The notes under the pieces: generated by a model
Told to the model about the DNA's origin: nothing
Database searches by the model: none
Seen by the model: only the letters and a program-made list of their open reading frames with translations
Shown: piece after piece, positions 50,669 to 60,622 of the stretch
Layout of the letters: each line of letters begins with the position of its first letter
Position numbering within the stretch: position 1 is the first letter of the stretch
Assembly (NCBI GenBank): GCA_039810585.1
Contig: JBDHXF010000003.1
Coordinates: forward strand, 93,946-157,945
Source of the DNA: Chlorobiota bacterium
Lineage (GTDB): Bacteria; Bacteroidota; Ignavibacteria; Kapaibacteriales; NICIL-2
Direction of reading: 5' to 3'
Length of the DNA: 64,000 nt
Program-made: the position numbers and the translations under genes

Positions 50669-52714
50669 TTGAGCGGTGCGTCGCAACGGCGCCGAGCAAT
50701 GAGTAAGGAACGCAGAATGTCAGAATCAACACAGCCGCTGGAAGAACAACCGGTGGAAGCACCGCAAGCAGCGGTCGCTGAAAGCTCAATACCGGAGCAT
50801 TTGATGGATGAAACACCGGTGCAACTCTCAAAAAAGAGTACACTGGCAGCCATTTTAGAAGGTGATTTGGATTTGGATTTCAATGGTTTGGACAACGAAT
50901 CTTTCGAGAAGATGTTGTCGACCAAGATGACCCAAATCAAAGAAGACGAGATGGTACACGGTCGCGTTGTCGCGATCTCAAAAGATGAAATATTAGTCGA
51001 CATCGGTTTTAAGTCCCTTGGCGTTGTGCCGCGCGCTGAATTCTCAGTTGCTGCAGATTCACTCGTCATTGGCGAAGAGATTGATGTTTTCGTGGACAAG
51101 ATGGAAGATGCCTCCGGTCGTCTTGTGTTGTCGCGCCGTCGTGCCGACTTCATGAAGACATGGAACGACATCATGTCTCACTACGAAAAGCAAGATGTCA
51201 TTCCGGTTCGCATCCTCCGTCGCATCAAGGGTGGTATGGTGGTCGATCTGTTGGGCATTGAGGCATTTTTGCCCGGCTCGCAAATTGACGTTCGACCGGT
51301 TCGCGATTTCGACGTGTGGGTTGGTAAGACCATCGACGTTCGCGTGGTGAAGGTCAACAACCCAAGTGAAAACGTGGTGGTGAGCCACAAGATCCTTTTG
51401 GAAGAGCAAATCTCCGAACAACGTGGCAAGATCATTTCGTCCCTCGAAAAGGGTCTTGTTCTCGAAGGTGTGGTCAAGGCGATTGCAGACTTCGGTGTGT
51501 TCGTCGATTTGGGCGGTGTGGACGGTCTCGTGCACATCACCGATCTGTCCTGGGGTCGCGTCAATCACCCTTCAGAAATTGTCAGCCTCGACGAGCAAGT
51601 CAAGGTGGCCGTTCTCGACTTCGATCAAGAGAAGAAGCGTATTTCTCTTGGTATGAAGCAACTCACACCACACCCGTGGGATACCATTGGTGAGAAGTAC
51701 GAGCCGGGTGTCAAGGTTAGCGGTAAGGTTGTGAGCATCACCGATTACGGTGTCTTCATCGAAATCGAAAAGGGCGTGGAAGGCTTGATCCACATCAGCG
51801 AAATGTCGTGGACACAACACATCAAGCACCCGTCGCAACTCGTATCCCTTGGTCAGATGCTTGAAGCCGTTGTGCTCAACATCGATCGCGACAACCGTAA
51901 GCTCGCTCTCGGTATCAAGCAACTCGAGCCGGATCCATGGCAAGACTTGATGAACAAGTATCCCATTGGTTCCATCCACAAAGGTATCGTGCGCAACCTC
52001 ACCAACTTTGGCGTGTTTGTTGAACTCGAAGCCGGTGTGGACGGTTTGGTGCATATTTCGGACTTGTCATGGACAAAGAAGATTCGTCACCCAGGCGAAT
52101 TCGTCAAGAAGGGCGACTCTCTCGAAGTGATCGTTCTCAGTGTCGATCCTGAGCACCGTCGTATCTCTCTCGGTCACAAGCAAATCAGCGACAATCCGTG
52201 GGATGTGTTTGCTGAACGCTTCACCGTAGGCACCGAAACCGAAGGCAAGATTGTTCGCATTATCGACAAGGGCGTAATCGTTGAAATGCCTGAGGGTGTA
52301 GACGGATTTGTGCCGTCGTCACAGTTATCTTTCGCTCCGGTTCGCAGCATTGCCGACTTCTTCCACGTTGGCGACGCTCTGCCGCTGAAAGTGGTCGAGT
52401 TCGATAAAGAATCGAAGAAGATCGTTCTCTCGGCTGTCGATGCCCTGAAGGGTAAAGATGCGGATGTGATTGCAGCGTATAACTCCAATCACCCCGTTCC
52501 AAACGCTGAGAAGTACGTAGCTGAAGGCGTTGCGCCGACGATTGCTCCGGAGGAAGTGGCCGCCATCGAAGCCGTTGTTGCGGCAGAGAATGTGGCTTCC
52601 GCTTCTGATGACAATGCGGCGAAGGCCAAGGCCGAGGCTGCTCCCGCCGCTGCTCCAGCTGCTCCAGCTGCTGAAGCCGGTGATACACCCGCAGCAACCG
52701 AAAACGCTGCCTAA
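50669..52714 (+). CDS. rpsA: 30S ribosomal protein S1, six S1 domains and an Ala/Pro-rich tail; the true start may be at 50699 or 50717
   Basis: Repeated G..V.G.V..I...G.FV.L motifs are present, and the C-terminus reads AKAKAEAAPAAAPAAPAAEAG. Confidence 0.9.
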   Translation: MSGASQRRRAMSKERRMSESTQPLEEQPVEAPQAAVAESSIPEHLMDETPVQLSKKSTLAAILEGDLDLDFNGLDNESFEKMLSTKMTQIKEDEMVHGRVVAISKDEILVDIGFKSLGVVPRAEFSVAADSLVIGEEIDVFVDKMEDASGRLVLSRRRADFMKTWNDIMSHYEKQDVIPVRILRRIKGGMVVDLLGIEAFLPGSQIDVRPVRDFDVWVGKTIDVRVVKVNNPSENVVVSHKILLEEQISEQRGKIISSLEKGLVLEGVVKAIADFGVFVDLGGVDGLVHITDLSWGRVNHPSEIVSLDEQVKVAVLDFDQEKKRISLGMKQLTPHPWDTIGEKYEPGVKVSGKVVSITDYGVFIEIEKGVEGLIHISEMSWTQHIKHPSQLVSLGQMLEAVVLNIDRDNRKLALGIKQLEPDPWQDLMNKYPIGSIHKGIVRNLTNFGVFVELEAGVDGLVHISDLSWTKKIRHPGEFVKKGDSLEVIVLSVDPEHRRISLGHKQISDNPWDVFAERFTVGTETEGKIVRIIDKGVIVEMPEGVDGFVPSSQLSFAPVRSIADFFHVGDALPLKVVEFDKESKKIVLSAVDALKGKDADVIAAYNSNHPVPNAEKYVAEGVAPTIAPEEVAAIEAVVAAENVASASDDNAAKAKAEAAPAAAPAAPAAEAGDTPAATENAA

Positions 52715-52740
52715 GCTATTTCGTTGTGTGTAGAAATCAA

Positions 52741-52772
52741 CAGCACGTCCGTTGGACGTGCTGTTTTAGTTT
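52741..52772 (+). terminator. Rho-independent terminator after rpsA: cagcacgtcc-gttg-gacgtgctg followed by ttttagttt
   Basis: Seen directly. Confidence 0.75.
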
Positions 52773-52810
52773 ATACTGGTAATGAAGTCCCCATCACTGA
52801 GAAACGAAGC

Positions 52811-54055
52811 ATGTACCGTATCGCACTATTGAGCATTGGAGATGAATTGTGTATAGGTCAAGTGGTCAACACCAACGTTGCCTGGATAGCCCAGCAATGC
52901 TCGCAACGCGGAGCCTTGATAACGGAGCATGCTGTGGTAGCCGACGACGCGGGAGCCATGTTGTCGGCTCTTACGCGCATGAGCACGTCAAATCACATGC
53001 TGCTAGTGACGGGAGGTTTAGGACCGACGCACGACGACATCACCAAAGATGTGTTATGCACTTTTTTTCAGGATACACTGCAACACGATGCTCGTACACA
53101 CGAACGGTTAGTTCGCATGTTCGAGCTTCGACAACGACCGCTTACACCTCGCAACCAATTGCAAGCAATGCTTCCGTCTACCGCCATGGCACTTGACAAC
53201 GACAAAGGAACTGCACCGGGCTTATTCTTTGACCGTCAACCCTGCGCAGTGATCGCCATGCCCGGCGTCCCGGCCGAAATGCAAGGAATCATGAAGAACT
53301 CGGTGCTACCCTTGATCGAGGAGAGAATTCGAGCTGGTCACTTCGCCGTCCGTCGTTACTCCACCATCACCGTAGCCGGAATTGCGGAATCCAGCCTAGC
53401 CGATGTACTGGGAGAGCCGGAGAGCTTTCTGGAGGGACAGTCGCTGGCCTTTCTTCCTTCCTACACCGGAGTCCGTCTTCGGATTAGCGTGACTGCCGCC
53501 AACGATCAGCTCGCCGACGAAATGCTGTCTCGCATTGCCACCTACATTCGCTCAAAAGCCGGGCAGTATGTAGTAAGCGAAGATGACCGCACACTGAACC
53601 AAGCGTTGCACGAGCGTCTCATCGCCAACGGTGTCAGCCTTGCCCTCGCAGAGTCCTGCACCGCAGGCATGTTGGGTGAACTCTTCTCGGAAAATCCCGG
53701 ATGCTCAGCGTATCTATTGGGTGGGATTATCTGCTATTCCAACCAATCAAAACACCGAGAGCTGGATGTACCGCTCGAAGTCATTGAAACGCATGGAGCC
53801 GTCAGTAAAGAAGTGGTCGAGCTCTTGGCAACCAACGCACGCAAACGATTCGAAAGCGATTATGCGTTGGCTATCAGCGGCATTGCCGGTCCCGACGGAG
53901 GAAGCGCTGACAAGCCGGTCGGTACCGTATGGATAGCACTCGCCGGACCGAAGGGAGCGCAAGCCAGCCTGCATCACTTTGGCTCAGACAGACGAGCGAA
54001 CCGAGAACGCGCATGTGCGGAAGCGCAACGTCAGTTATTACAAGAACTTAACTAG
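52811..54055 (+). CDS. cinA: CinA family protein (MoCF-binding domain plus C-terminal nicotinamide-nucleotide amidase PncC domain)
   Basis: MYRIALLSIGDELCIGQVVNTN is the CinA N-terminus, and GGLGPTHDD is present. The C-terminal half reads ESCTAGMLG..GPDGG. Confidence 0.8.
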   Translation: MYRIALLSIGDELCIGQVVNTNVAWIAQQCSQRGALITEHAVVADDAGAMLSALTRMSTSNHMLLVTGGLGPTHDDITKDVLCTFFQDTLQHDARTHERLVRMFELRQRPLTPRNQLQAMLPSTAMALDNDKGTAPGLFFDRQPCAVIAMPGVPAEMQGIMKNSVLPLIEERIRAGHFAVRRYSTITVAGIAESSLADVLGEPESFLEGQSLAFLPSYTGVRLRISVTAANDQLADEMLSRIATYIRSKAGQYVVSEDDRTLNQALHERLIANGVSLALAESCTAGMLGELFSENPGCSAYLLGGIICYSNQSKHRELDVPLEVIETHGAVSKEVVELLATNARKRFESDYALAISGIAGPDGGSADKPVGTVWIALAGPKGAQASLHHFGSDRRANRERACAEAQRQLLQELN

Positions 54056-54299
54056 ATTGCCATAGACTTTCGTCTTCGGATGGTCATTCGTAGAGACCGA
54101 TGAATACATGCGCGCTTCGCGCAAAATTCCTTCGCATCGGGAACGTGTGAAAGTCAGGTTTGTGGTTGCGGTGCTGGAGTGTGTTGCTTTGAGAGAGCGG
54201 GATCTTCCAAAAACCTTCACATGTGGAAAATCCTCCAGATTTCGCAATCTTTAAACCCTTATTTTTGCCTTTCTCTTCCATCTCATCTTCTTCTGAAGC

Positions 54300-56762
54300 A
54301 TGGCTTTACACAGTGAAAAGATTCTTCCGGTTTTACTGGAAGACCAAATGCGGGGATCGTACCTAGATTATTCGATGTCGGTTATTGTCTCTCGCGCCTT
54401 ACCGGACGTCCGAGACGGACTTAAACCCGTGCACAGACGTATCCTGTATGCAATGCAGGAACTTGGATTAACGCACAACAGGCCTTACAAAAAGTCGGCT
54501 CGTTTGGTGGGGGAAGTTCTTGGTAAGTATCACCCTCATGGTGACTCGTCTGTGTACGATGCCATGGTTCGGATGGCGCAAGAATGGTCGCTCCGTTATC
54601 CTTTGGTAGACGGCCAGGGCAACTTCGGCTCGGTTGACGGTGACCCGCCGGCTGCTATGCGTTATACCGAAACACGTCTCTCGGGCATCGCCGCAGAAGT
54701 ATTACGTGACATTGATAAGGATACGGTTGACTTTCAACCCAACTTTGACGACAGCTTGGAGGAGCCAAAAGTACTTCCAACAGTTGTTCCTTTATTACTT
54801 GTCAACGGTGCAGGTGGAATTGCGGTTGGAATGGCTACAAATATTCCACCGCACAATCTGCGTGAAGTGGTAAAGGGATTGAAGGCCTTGATTCAAGATC
54901 CCACACTATCGTCAAACGATTTAATGCAGCACATCACGGCTCCGGATTTTCCGACCGGTGGTGTGATTTATGGGTATGATGGCGTTCGGGATGCCTATTT
55001 GACCGGACGCGGAAAGATTCTTGTTCGTGCTCGTGCTTCAGTAGAAACGGCGAAGAATGGCAAAGAGTCGATCGTCGTGACCGAGCTACCGTATCAAGTT
55101 TCAAAAGCCTCGTTGATCGAAAAAATGGCGGACTTAGTGCGTGACAAAGTGTTGGAGGACATTTCCGACATCCGCGACGAGTCCGACCGTGATGGTATGC
55201 GCATCGTGATCGAGCTCAAGCGTGACGGTGTCCCGCTTGTTGTACTCAACAATCTCTACAAGCATACCTCGATGCAAGTCACATTTGGCTGCATCATGCT
55301 GGCGCTGGTAGAAGGTCGTCCACGGGTGTTGGAACTTCGCGACATGCTACAGCATTTTATCGAGTTCCGAAATGAAGTAGTGGTTCGCCGAACAAAGTTC
55401 GAACTCGGTGCAGCGGAGAAAAGAGCTCACATCTTAGAAGGCTTTATCATCGCTCTCGACAATATCGATGAGGTGATCAAGACTATCAAAGAGTCGCCAA
55501 CGGTCGAAGTTGCCAGTGAACGCTTGCAGAAGCGATTTAAACTGAGCGAGATACAGGCCAAGGCAATTCTCGACATGCGCTTGCAGCGACTGACCGGACT
55601 CGAGCGCGAGAAGATCATGAACGAGTATCGTGACATCATCAAGCTCATCGAACGACTGCGCTCCATCCTAGCGAGCAAGGAATTGCAATTGCAAATCGTT
55701 TCAGAGGAACTGACAGCCATCGAAGAAAAGTATGGAGATGAACGTCGTACGGATATCGTGTTCGATTCTCGCGACTTCACGGTGGAGGATATGATTGCCA
55801 ACGAAGATGTGATCGTGACCATCTCGCATAAAGGCTTCATTAAACGAACACCGGTTAACTCCTACCGACGTCAGGGCCGTGGTGGACGGGGTCTGAGTGG
55901 CGCCGGCACTTACGAGGACGATTACGTAGAGAATCTCTTCCGCGCCGCGACGCACGACTTCTTGTTGTGCTTTACCGATAAGGGACGCTGTTACCGTGTG
56001 AAAGTGTACGACATCCCGGAGGGAAGTCGTAACGCAAAAGGACGCTCCATCGCCAATGTCATCCAAAAGCCAGCCGATGAACGCGTAACGGCGTACCTCC
56101 TGGTTCAGGGTGCCTTTAGCGAGGATCAGTTTATCTTCATGTGTACAAAAAATGGAACCGTGAAGAAAACCCAGCTTTCGGAATTCGAAAGTGTGCGTGC
56201 TAACGGTAAGATTGCCCTCAGCTTGGATGATGGCGACTTCCTGCTCAGTGCCCGTCTCACGAACGGAACCTGCGATATAATCGTAGGAACCCGTGAAGGA
56301 TTGGCGTGCAGATTCCGCGAAAGCGACGTGCGTACCATGGGTCGTACCGCTGCCGGTGTGAAGGGAATTAGCTTGGTGGACGATGATCAAGTGATTTCCA
56401 TGATCGCGATCAAGCGACCTGACAGTCAAGTTCTGGTCATTGGTGAAAATGGTTATGGTAAGCGCACTCGTTTCGAAGACTTCCGTCTGACCCGGCGCGG
56501 CGCCAAGGGCGTAATCTCCATGAACGTTACCGATAAAACCGGTAAGGTGGTGAGCATGGCAGAGATTACCGACAGCGATGACTTGGTGGTTATGACCCAG
56601 AAGGGCATCCTGATTCGTCAGCCTTCGGATTCCATCCGCATTATTGGACGGAATACACAAGGAGTTCGCCTCATCCGTCTTGACGAAGGCGATACCATTG
56701 CCGATATCACGATCGTTCCGCACGACGATGATGAAAGCGGTGATGAAGAAGCCGCAGCATAA
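54300..56762 (+). CDS. gyrA: DNA gyrase subunit A
   Basis: The N-terminus reads [26 protein letters not shown] is present and the catalytic Tyr lies in AAMRYTE. C-terminal beta-pinwheel repeats and an acidic tail ([12 protein letters not shown]) argue for gyrA rather than parC. Confidence 0.8.
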   Translation: MALHSEKILPVLLEDQMRGSYLDYSMSVIVSRALPDVRDGLKPVHRRILYAMQELGLTHNRPYKKSARLVGEVLGKYHPHGDSSVYDAMVRMAQEWSLRYPLVDGQGNFGSVDGDPPAAMRYTETRLSGIAAEVLRDIDKDTVDFQPNFDDSLEEPKVLPTVVPLLLVNGAGGIAVGMATNIPPHNLREVVKGLKALIQDPTLSSNDLMQHITAPDFPTGGVIYGYDGVRDAYLTGRGKILVRARASVETAKNGKESIVVTELPYQVSKASLIEKMADLVRDKVLEDISDIRDESDRDGMRIVIELKRDGVPLVVLNNLYKHTSMQVTFGCIMLALVEGRPRVLELRDMLQHFIEFRNEVVVRRTKFELGAAEKRAHILEGFIIALDNIDEVIKTIKESPTVEVASERLQKRFKLSEIQAKAILDMRLQRLTGLEREKIMNEYRDIIKLIERLRSILASKELQLQIVSEELTAIEEKYGDERRTDIVFDSRDFTVEDMIANEDVIVTISHKGFIKRTPVNSYRRQGRGGRGLSGAGTYEDDYVENLFRAATHDFLLCFTDKGRCYRVKVYDIPEGSRNAKGRSIANVIQKPADERVTAYLLVQGAFSEDQFIFMCTKNGTVKKTQLSEFESVRANGKIALSLDDGDFLLSARLTNGTCDIIVGTREGLACRFRESDVRTMGRTAAGVKGISLVDDDQVISMIAIKRPDSQVLVIGENGYGKRTRFEDFRLTRRGAKGVISMNVTDKTGKVVSMAEITDSDDLVVMTQKGILIRQPSDSIRIIGRNTQGVRLIRLDEGDTIADITIVPHDDDESGDEEAAA

Positions 56763-56840
56763 TTGATCTCATCGTTTCGACTCAGGGCTAAGATGAAAAG
56801 TCTAACTGTGTAGTCGATCCGAAATAATGCAAACTCAGCC

Positions 56841-56865
56841 AAAGGGAAGCTTATAGCTTCCCTTT
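56841..56865 (+). terminator. Hairpin aaagggaagct-tat-agcttcccttt after gyrA; only a weak U-tract follows
   Basis: Seen directly. Confidence 0.5.
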
Positions 56866-56984
56866 GATACATCTATTACCGTGGATGTGGGGAACACAAT
56901 CTTCAATCAATCACCATTGAACCACACCCATACCATTTAAGGAAGAGCAGCATGGTCGGCACATGCACTCTTCAAGGAGTTTTT

Positions 56985-57974
56985 ATGTCATCAGAACAAC
57001 ACACATCGGCATCACAAGCAGATAAGCATTCGGTGGATGTTGCCATTATTGGATCCGGACCCGCAGGATTCACTGCAGCTATTTATGCAGCGCGAGCAGG
57101 ACTAAACGTCGCTGTTTTTGAAGGACTACAGCCTGGCGGTCAGCTTACAATTACCACAGAGGTCGAGAATTATCCGGGCTTTGAGCATGGAATTATGGGG
57201 CCGGACATGATGAACGTCTTTCGAAACCAAGCACAGCGCTTTGGCGCTCGAAGCGTGTATGAGAAAATCGAATCGCTCGATGCCACCGCTCGGCCGTTCA
57301 AACTTGTTTCCGATCGCAATACCACCTACACGGCTAAAGCTGTCATCGTGGCAACCGGAGCGAGCGCCAGACTGTTGGGAACAAAAGGTGAGCAGGAGTA
57401 TATGGGGTATGGCGTGTCAGCTTGCGCCACCTGCGACGGCTTCTTTTATCGAAACCTGCATGTAATCGTGGTGGGTGGCGGCGACACCGCAATGGAGGAA
57501 GCCAATTACCTCACCCGTTTTGCAGAAACGGTGACCATCGTTCACCGTCGCGACGAATTCAGAGCGTCCAAGATCATGCTTGAGCGCGCCAAGGCCAATC
57601 CGAAGGTTCGCTTTATGACGAACACCGTGATCGACGAATATCTAGGTGAGACGATGGCAAATGGAGTGAAGAAACTGACCTCAGTGCGCCTGAAAAACAC
57701 GGTCAACTCCGAAGAAACAACCATTCCAATCGATGGCGTGTTTGTTGCCATCGGTCACGAACCCAACACACAGCTCTTTAAAGGCATACTTGAGCTGGAT
57801 GATCATGGCTATATTCAGACAAAGGCGAAGTCTAGCTATACCAATGTGGACGGACTCTTTGCGTGTGGCGATGCTCAGGATTCTGTGTATCGTCAGGCAA
57901 TCACAGCAGCCGGCAGCGGTTGTGTGGCTGCAATTGACGCAGAACGATGGCTGGAAGCCAATCATCATGGCTAG
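56985..57974 (+). CDS. trxB: Thioredoxin-disulfide reductase
   Basis: FAD-binding VAIIGSGPAGFTAA is present, with the redox-active CATCDG motif and NADPH-binding GGGDTAMEEA. Confidence 0.9.
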   Translation: MSSEQHTSASQADKHSVDVAIIGSGPAGFTAAIYAARAGLNVAVFEGLQPGGQLTITTEVENYPGFEHGIMGPDMMNVFRNQAQRFGARSVYEKIESLDATARPFKLVSDRNTTYTAKAVIVATGASARLLGTKGEQEYMGYGVSACATCDGFFYRNLHVIVVGGGDTAMEEANYLTRFAETVTIVHRRDEFRASKIMLERAKANPKVRFMTNTVIDEYLGETMANGVKKLTSVRLKNTVNSEETTIPIDGVFVAIGHEPNTQLFKGILELDDHGYIQTKAKSSYTNVDGLFACGDAQDSVYRQAITAAGSGCVAAIDAERWLEANHHG

Positions 57975-58070
57975 TAGATATGCACCTGTAGAAATTATGA
58001 AGCGGGTTCAAGCGAAGCTTGAACCCGCTTCCTGTGTAAGAAAAATCATCCTATCGATATCCTAACCAGT

Positions 58071-58439
58071 ATGAATGCTCTCACTAGTATATCCTTTCTC
58101 ATCGTATCGAACTTATTCATGACGATAGCATGGTACGGTCACCTCCGTTTTGCGGATGCTCCGTGGTTTCGATCGACGAGTGTCTTCTTGGTGATCCTTA
58201 TGAGTTGGGGACTGGCATTCTTCGAGTATTGCTTCCAAGTGCCGGCGAACCGAATTGGCTATGTTGAGAATGGAGGTCCGTTTTCGCTCATCCAGCTAAA
58301 AGTGATTCAAGAGGTGATAAGCTTAGGCGTTTTCACGCTCTTCACACTGCTTGTATTCAAGCATGAGAGCTTTCGTTGGAACCATGCGGCTGCGGCTGTG
58401 CTTCTTGTGGCGGCCGTGTACCTGGTGTTCAAAGATTGA
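58071..58439 (+). CDS. Small DMT-superfamily-like membrane protein (DUF486-type)
   Basis: 122 aa with four TM helices. Confidence 0.45.
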   Translation: MNALTSISFLIVSNLFMTIAWYGHLRFADAPWFRSTSVFLVILMSWGLAFFEYCFQVPANRIGYVENGGPFSLIQLKVIQEVISLGVFTLFTLLVFKHESFRWNHAAAAVLLVAAVYLVFKD

Positions 58440-58494
58440 GATTAGGTATCCGTATCGTGTATCGAGACTGGGGAAAGACACGGACGACAACGCA

Positions 58495-60360
58495 TTACTC
58501 GACGCTGACCTTCTGATGATATTTCTTCTCAATAGCCTGCGCTTCTGTGTTGGCTTTCACCTCGGTGTCGTAACCCCAGAGTTTCACGCGGAAGGCGGGC
58601 GTTCCGGAAACCCGAACACGTTCATAGTACGTTTTGTAGCCACGCTTTTCCCATTGTTCACAGAATTTTAGTGCATCGTTTTCCGTGTAACAGTACTCGG
58701 CAATGAGCTCGAAGGGTAAGAGCGACGGGTCGATCCAACGCACTTCAACTCGCCGATTGAATTTGAGTTTCCAGTCTTCCGTCTGAAAATAAAACAAGGG
58801 TCGAATATCTCCCATAGCCTTGCCACGCACTTGCGTTGGATTTACGCCAAGTTCGCTGAGTGCCTTACGAACGTTTCGAACACGCTGTAAAGCAAGGTCT
58901 CGCATGGCATCGTCACTGCCTTCGTTACTGGCATTACCGCAGAGTTCGATGGTTTTCTTGGGATTGTCCTTGAGCACTTGAGCCAGACTCTTCAAGAGGG
59001 GATTGTACTCAGCGCTGACCGTTGATTGATTGTATTCAAACAGCGACAGAGCTTGAAAAGACGGCTGCGCATTGCTGGAAGGACCAAACACATCGAAGCT
59101 CTCGTTAAAGACTTCATTGGCGGCTTTAATACTTAACCGTAGTGAGGCGCTGTCGCAGGACTGCAGCGCACGCGACAGTAACGGAACCTGCAGCAGGTAA
59201 CTGCCATGCGTTGCGTAGTTGATTTCTCGAAGAACTCCGGTGAGTTGCAATGTATTGTCGGATGATAAACTGTAGTACCGTCCGCCAGTTTGGGAAGCCA
59301 GATACCGCAAGGGATAGCTGTCTACCATATCGCCAATCCCAATGGTGAAAATGATGCATCGCTTCTGCAGAGCACGCTGGATAACATCATCGGCTGTGTA
59401 CACGAGCGACGCGTTGTCGCCACCATTGCAGACCAGAACAAGCACATTTTGTTGACGATCACGACGATCGAATTTTCCTAGGGCTGAGTAGACGGACTTA
59501 AACATGGCCGACAAACCCTTGGCGTCGCCACTGAACAATTCCGCAACATTATTGAGTTTGTCCTTTGTCAGATGTTGACACAGTGTGCTTGACTCTTGAT
59601 TGAAACACACGATACTCAGCTTGTCCGATCCGCCCATGTAAAAGGGAAAATCCGAAACTGCTTTTTGCACAGCAGCATCAGTTTTCTCCGCATAGGAAGA
59701 GCGATCCATGCACACCGTCATCATGCAACGCAAATCAGATCGCAACCACTTGCTCTCTCCAACCAGCGGCTGAAACTTCTGCTCGCGGTCGTTACACTTA
59801 CTTACCAAGCCTACAGTCAAACTCTCAATTGGCAGGGAAGACAGTTGGTTGCCATTGGCATCCAACAGCACGGTGTGGAGATTCAACGTTTTATTATTTG
59901 AGTCCGAGTGATCTATATACACCACGCGAACCCTTTGAAGAGCGGAGTCCGACCCTTGTTGTTGGTATCCGATGTAGTAGGAGGAATGCTCGGTAGAGGC
60001 TCGAGGGGCGACCGAATACACCGTGGCTTCCGGGCCACGTTTTGCCTCGTTCGGGATATTGGGTTCAATAACCCGAATGGTCCATTGCTTCTCCGTGCTA
60101 TCGCCCTGACGATAGGCTCGGATGATGTACGTAGTGGTTTGTTGCGGTGCAACGTACACTTGATAGGCTTTGGGATAATGGGTGGTGTCACCCATTACCT
60201 TAACGTAGTCATAACTATCGAAGCGCCAGGTGACTAGGGCTCTGGAACCGCGCAGCACTTCATTTTGTCCGCCTAAGGCGTCCGGATTTTGAGCGTGAAG
60301 ACAGTTTCCCCAAAACAGGATAAAGGGTAAAACGATGCAGAAGGCAAAGGCTCGGCGCAT
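58495..60360 (-). CDS. Secreted tripartite protein with a VWA domain, an OmpA_C-like domain and a C-terminal SPOR domain
   Basis: The signal peptide starts at MRRAFAFCIVLPFILFWGNCLHAQ. The VWA-like core reads LSIVCFNQ...VLVLVCNGGDNAS. The OmpA_C region reads TIELCGNASNEGSDDAMRDLALQRVRNVRKAL...NRRVEVRW. The C-terminus YTENDALKFCEQWEKRGYKTYYERV...FRVKLWGY is SPOR-like. Confidence 0.55.
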   Translation of the reverse strand: MRRAFAFCIVLPFILFWGNCLHAQNPDALGGQNEVLRGSRALVTWRFDSYDYVKVMGDTTHYPKAYQVYVAPQQTTTYIIRAYRQGDSTEKQWTIRVIEPNIPNEAKRGPEATVYSVAPRASTEHSSYYIGYQQQGSDSALQRVRVVYIDHSDSNNKTLNLHTVLLDANGNQLSSLPIESLTVGLVSKCNDREQKFQPLVGESKWLRSDLRCMMTVCMDRSSYAEKTDAAVQKAVSDFPFYMGGSDKLSIVCFNQESSTLCQHLTKDKLNNVAELFSGDAKGLSAMFKSVYSALGKFDRRDRQQNVLVLVCNGGDNASLVYTADDVIQRALQKRCIIFTIGIGDMVDSYPLRYLASQTGGRYYSLSSDNTLQLTGVLREINYATHGSYLLQVPLLSRALQSCDSASLRLSIKAANEVFNESFDVFGPSSNAQPSFQALSLFEYNQSTVSAEYNPLLKSLAQVLKDNPKKTIELCGNASNEGSDDAMRDLALQRVRNVRKALSELGVNPTQVRGKAMGDIRPLFYFQTEDWKLKFNRRVEVRWIDPSLLPFELIAEYCYTENDALKFCEQWEKRGYKTYYERVRVSGTPAFRVKLWGYDTEVKANTEAQAIEKKYHQKVSVE

Positions 60361-60622
60361 TGAACAATCCGTGTAAACTGACGACATTCCATTCGTTTAC
60401 GAATATACTGCACAGAGCCCAGCTCCGAAGCACTACCGCGGGAATTGTAGCAGATCTGCAGAGTGCCAACGCCGCTTGATACAGACAACGAAAGCACTCT
60501 CAGGGAGGCTCTGGTAGAGTTCTAAACTAAGGCTGAGATTGAGTCAGTGGCTGAGACTGATTCGATCAGGAAAGAAGAATTCTTCTTACTCGCCGACAAT
60601 GTCGTCTCGCCGGCAGATGCTT

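Noticed and set aside
52724-52810. Longer N-terminal extension of cinA (ORF-track start 52724)
   Set aside because: The rpsA terminator hairpin (52741..52772) lies inside the extension. The conserved CinA N-terminus begins at MYRIALL (52811).
55701-56723. 340-aa minus-strand ORF inside gyrA, and similar long antisense ORFs (32829..33470 in the C25 gene, 37601..38380 in valS, 43986..44741 in the gldM-like gene, 51059..51568 in rpsA)
   Set aside because: Each overlaps a strongly supported sense-strand gene and has low-complexity composition and no motifs. These are typical antisense open frames from third-position GC bias.
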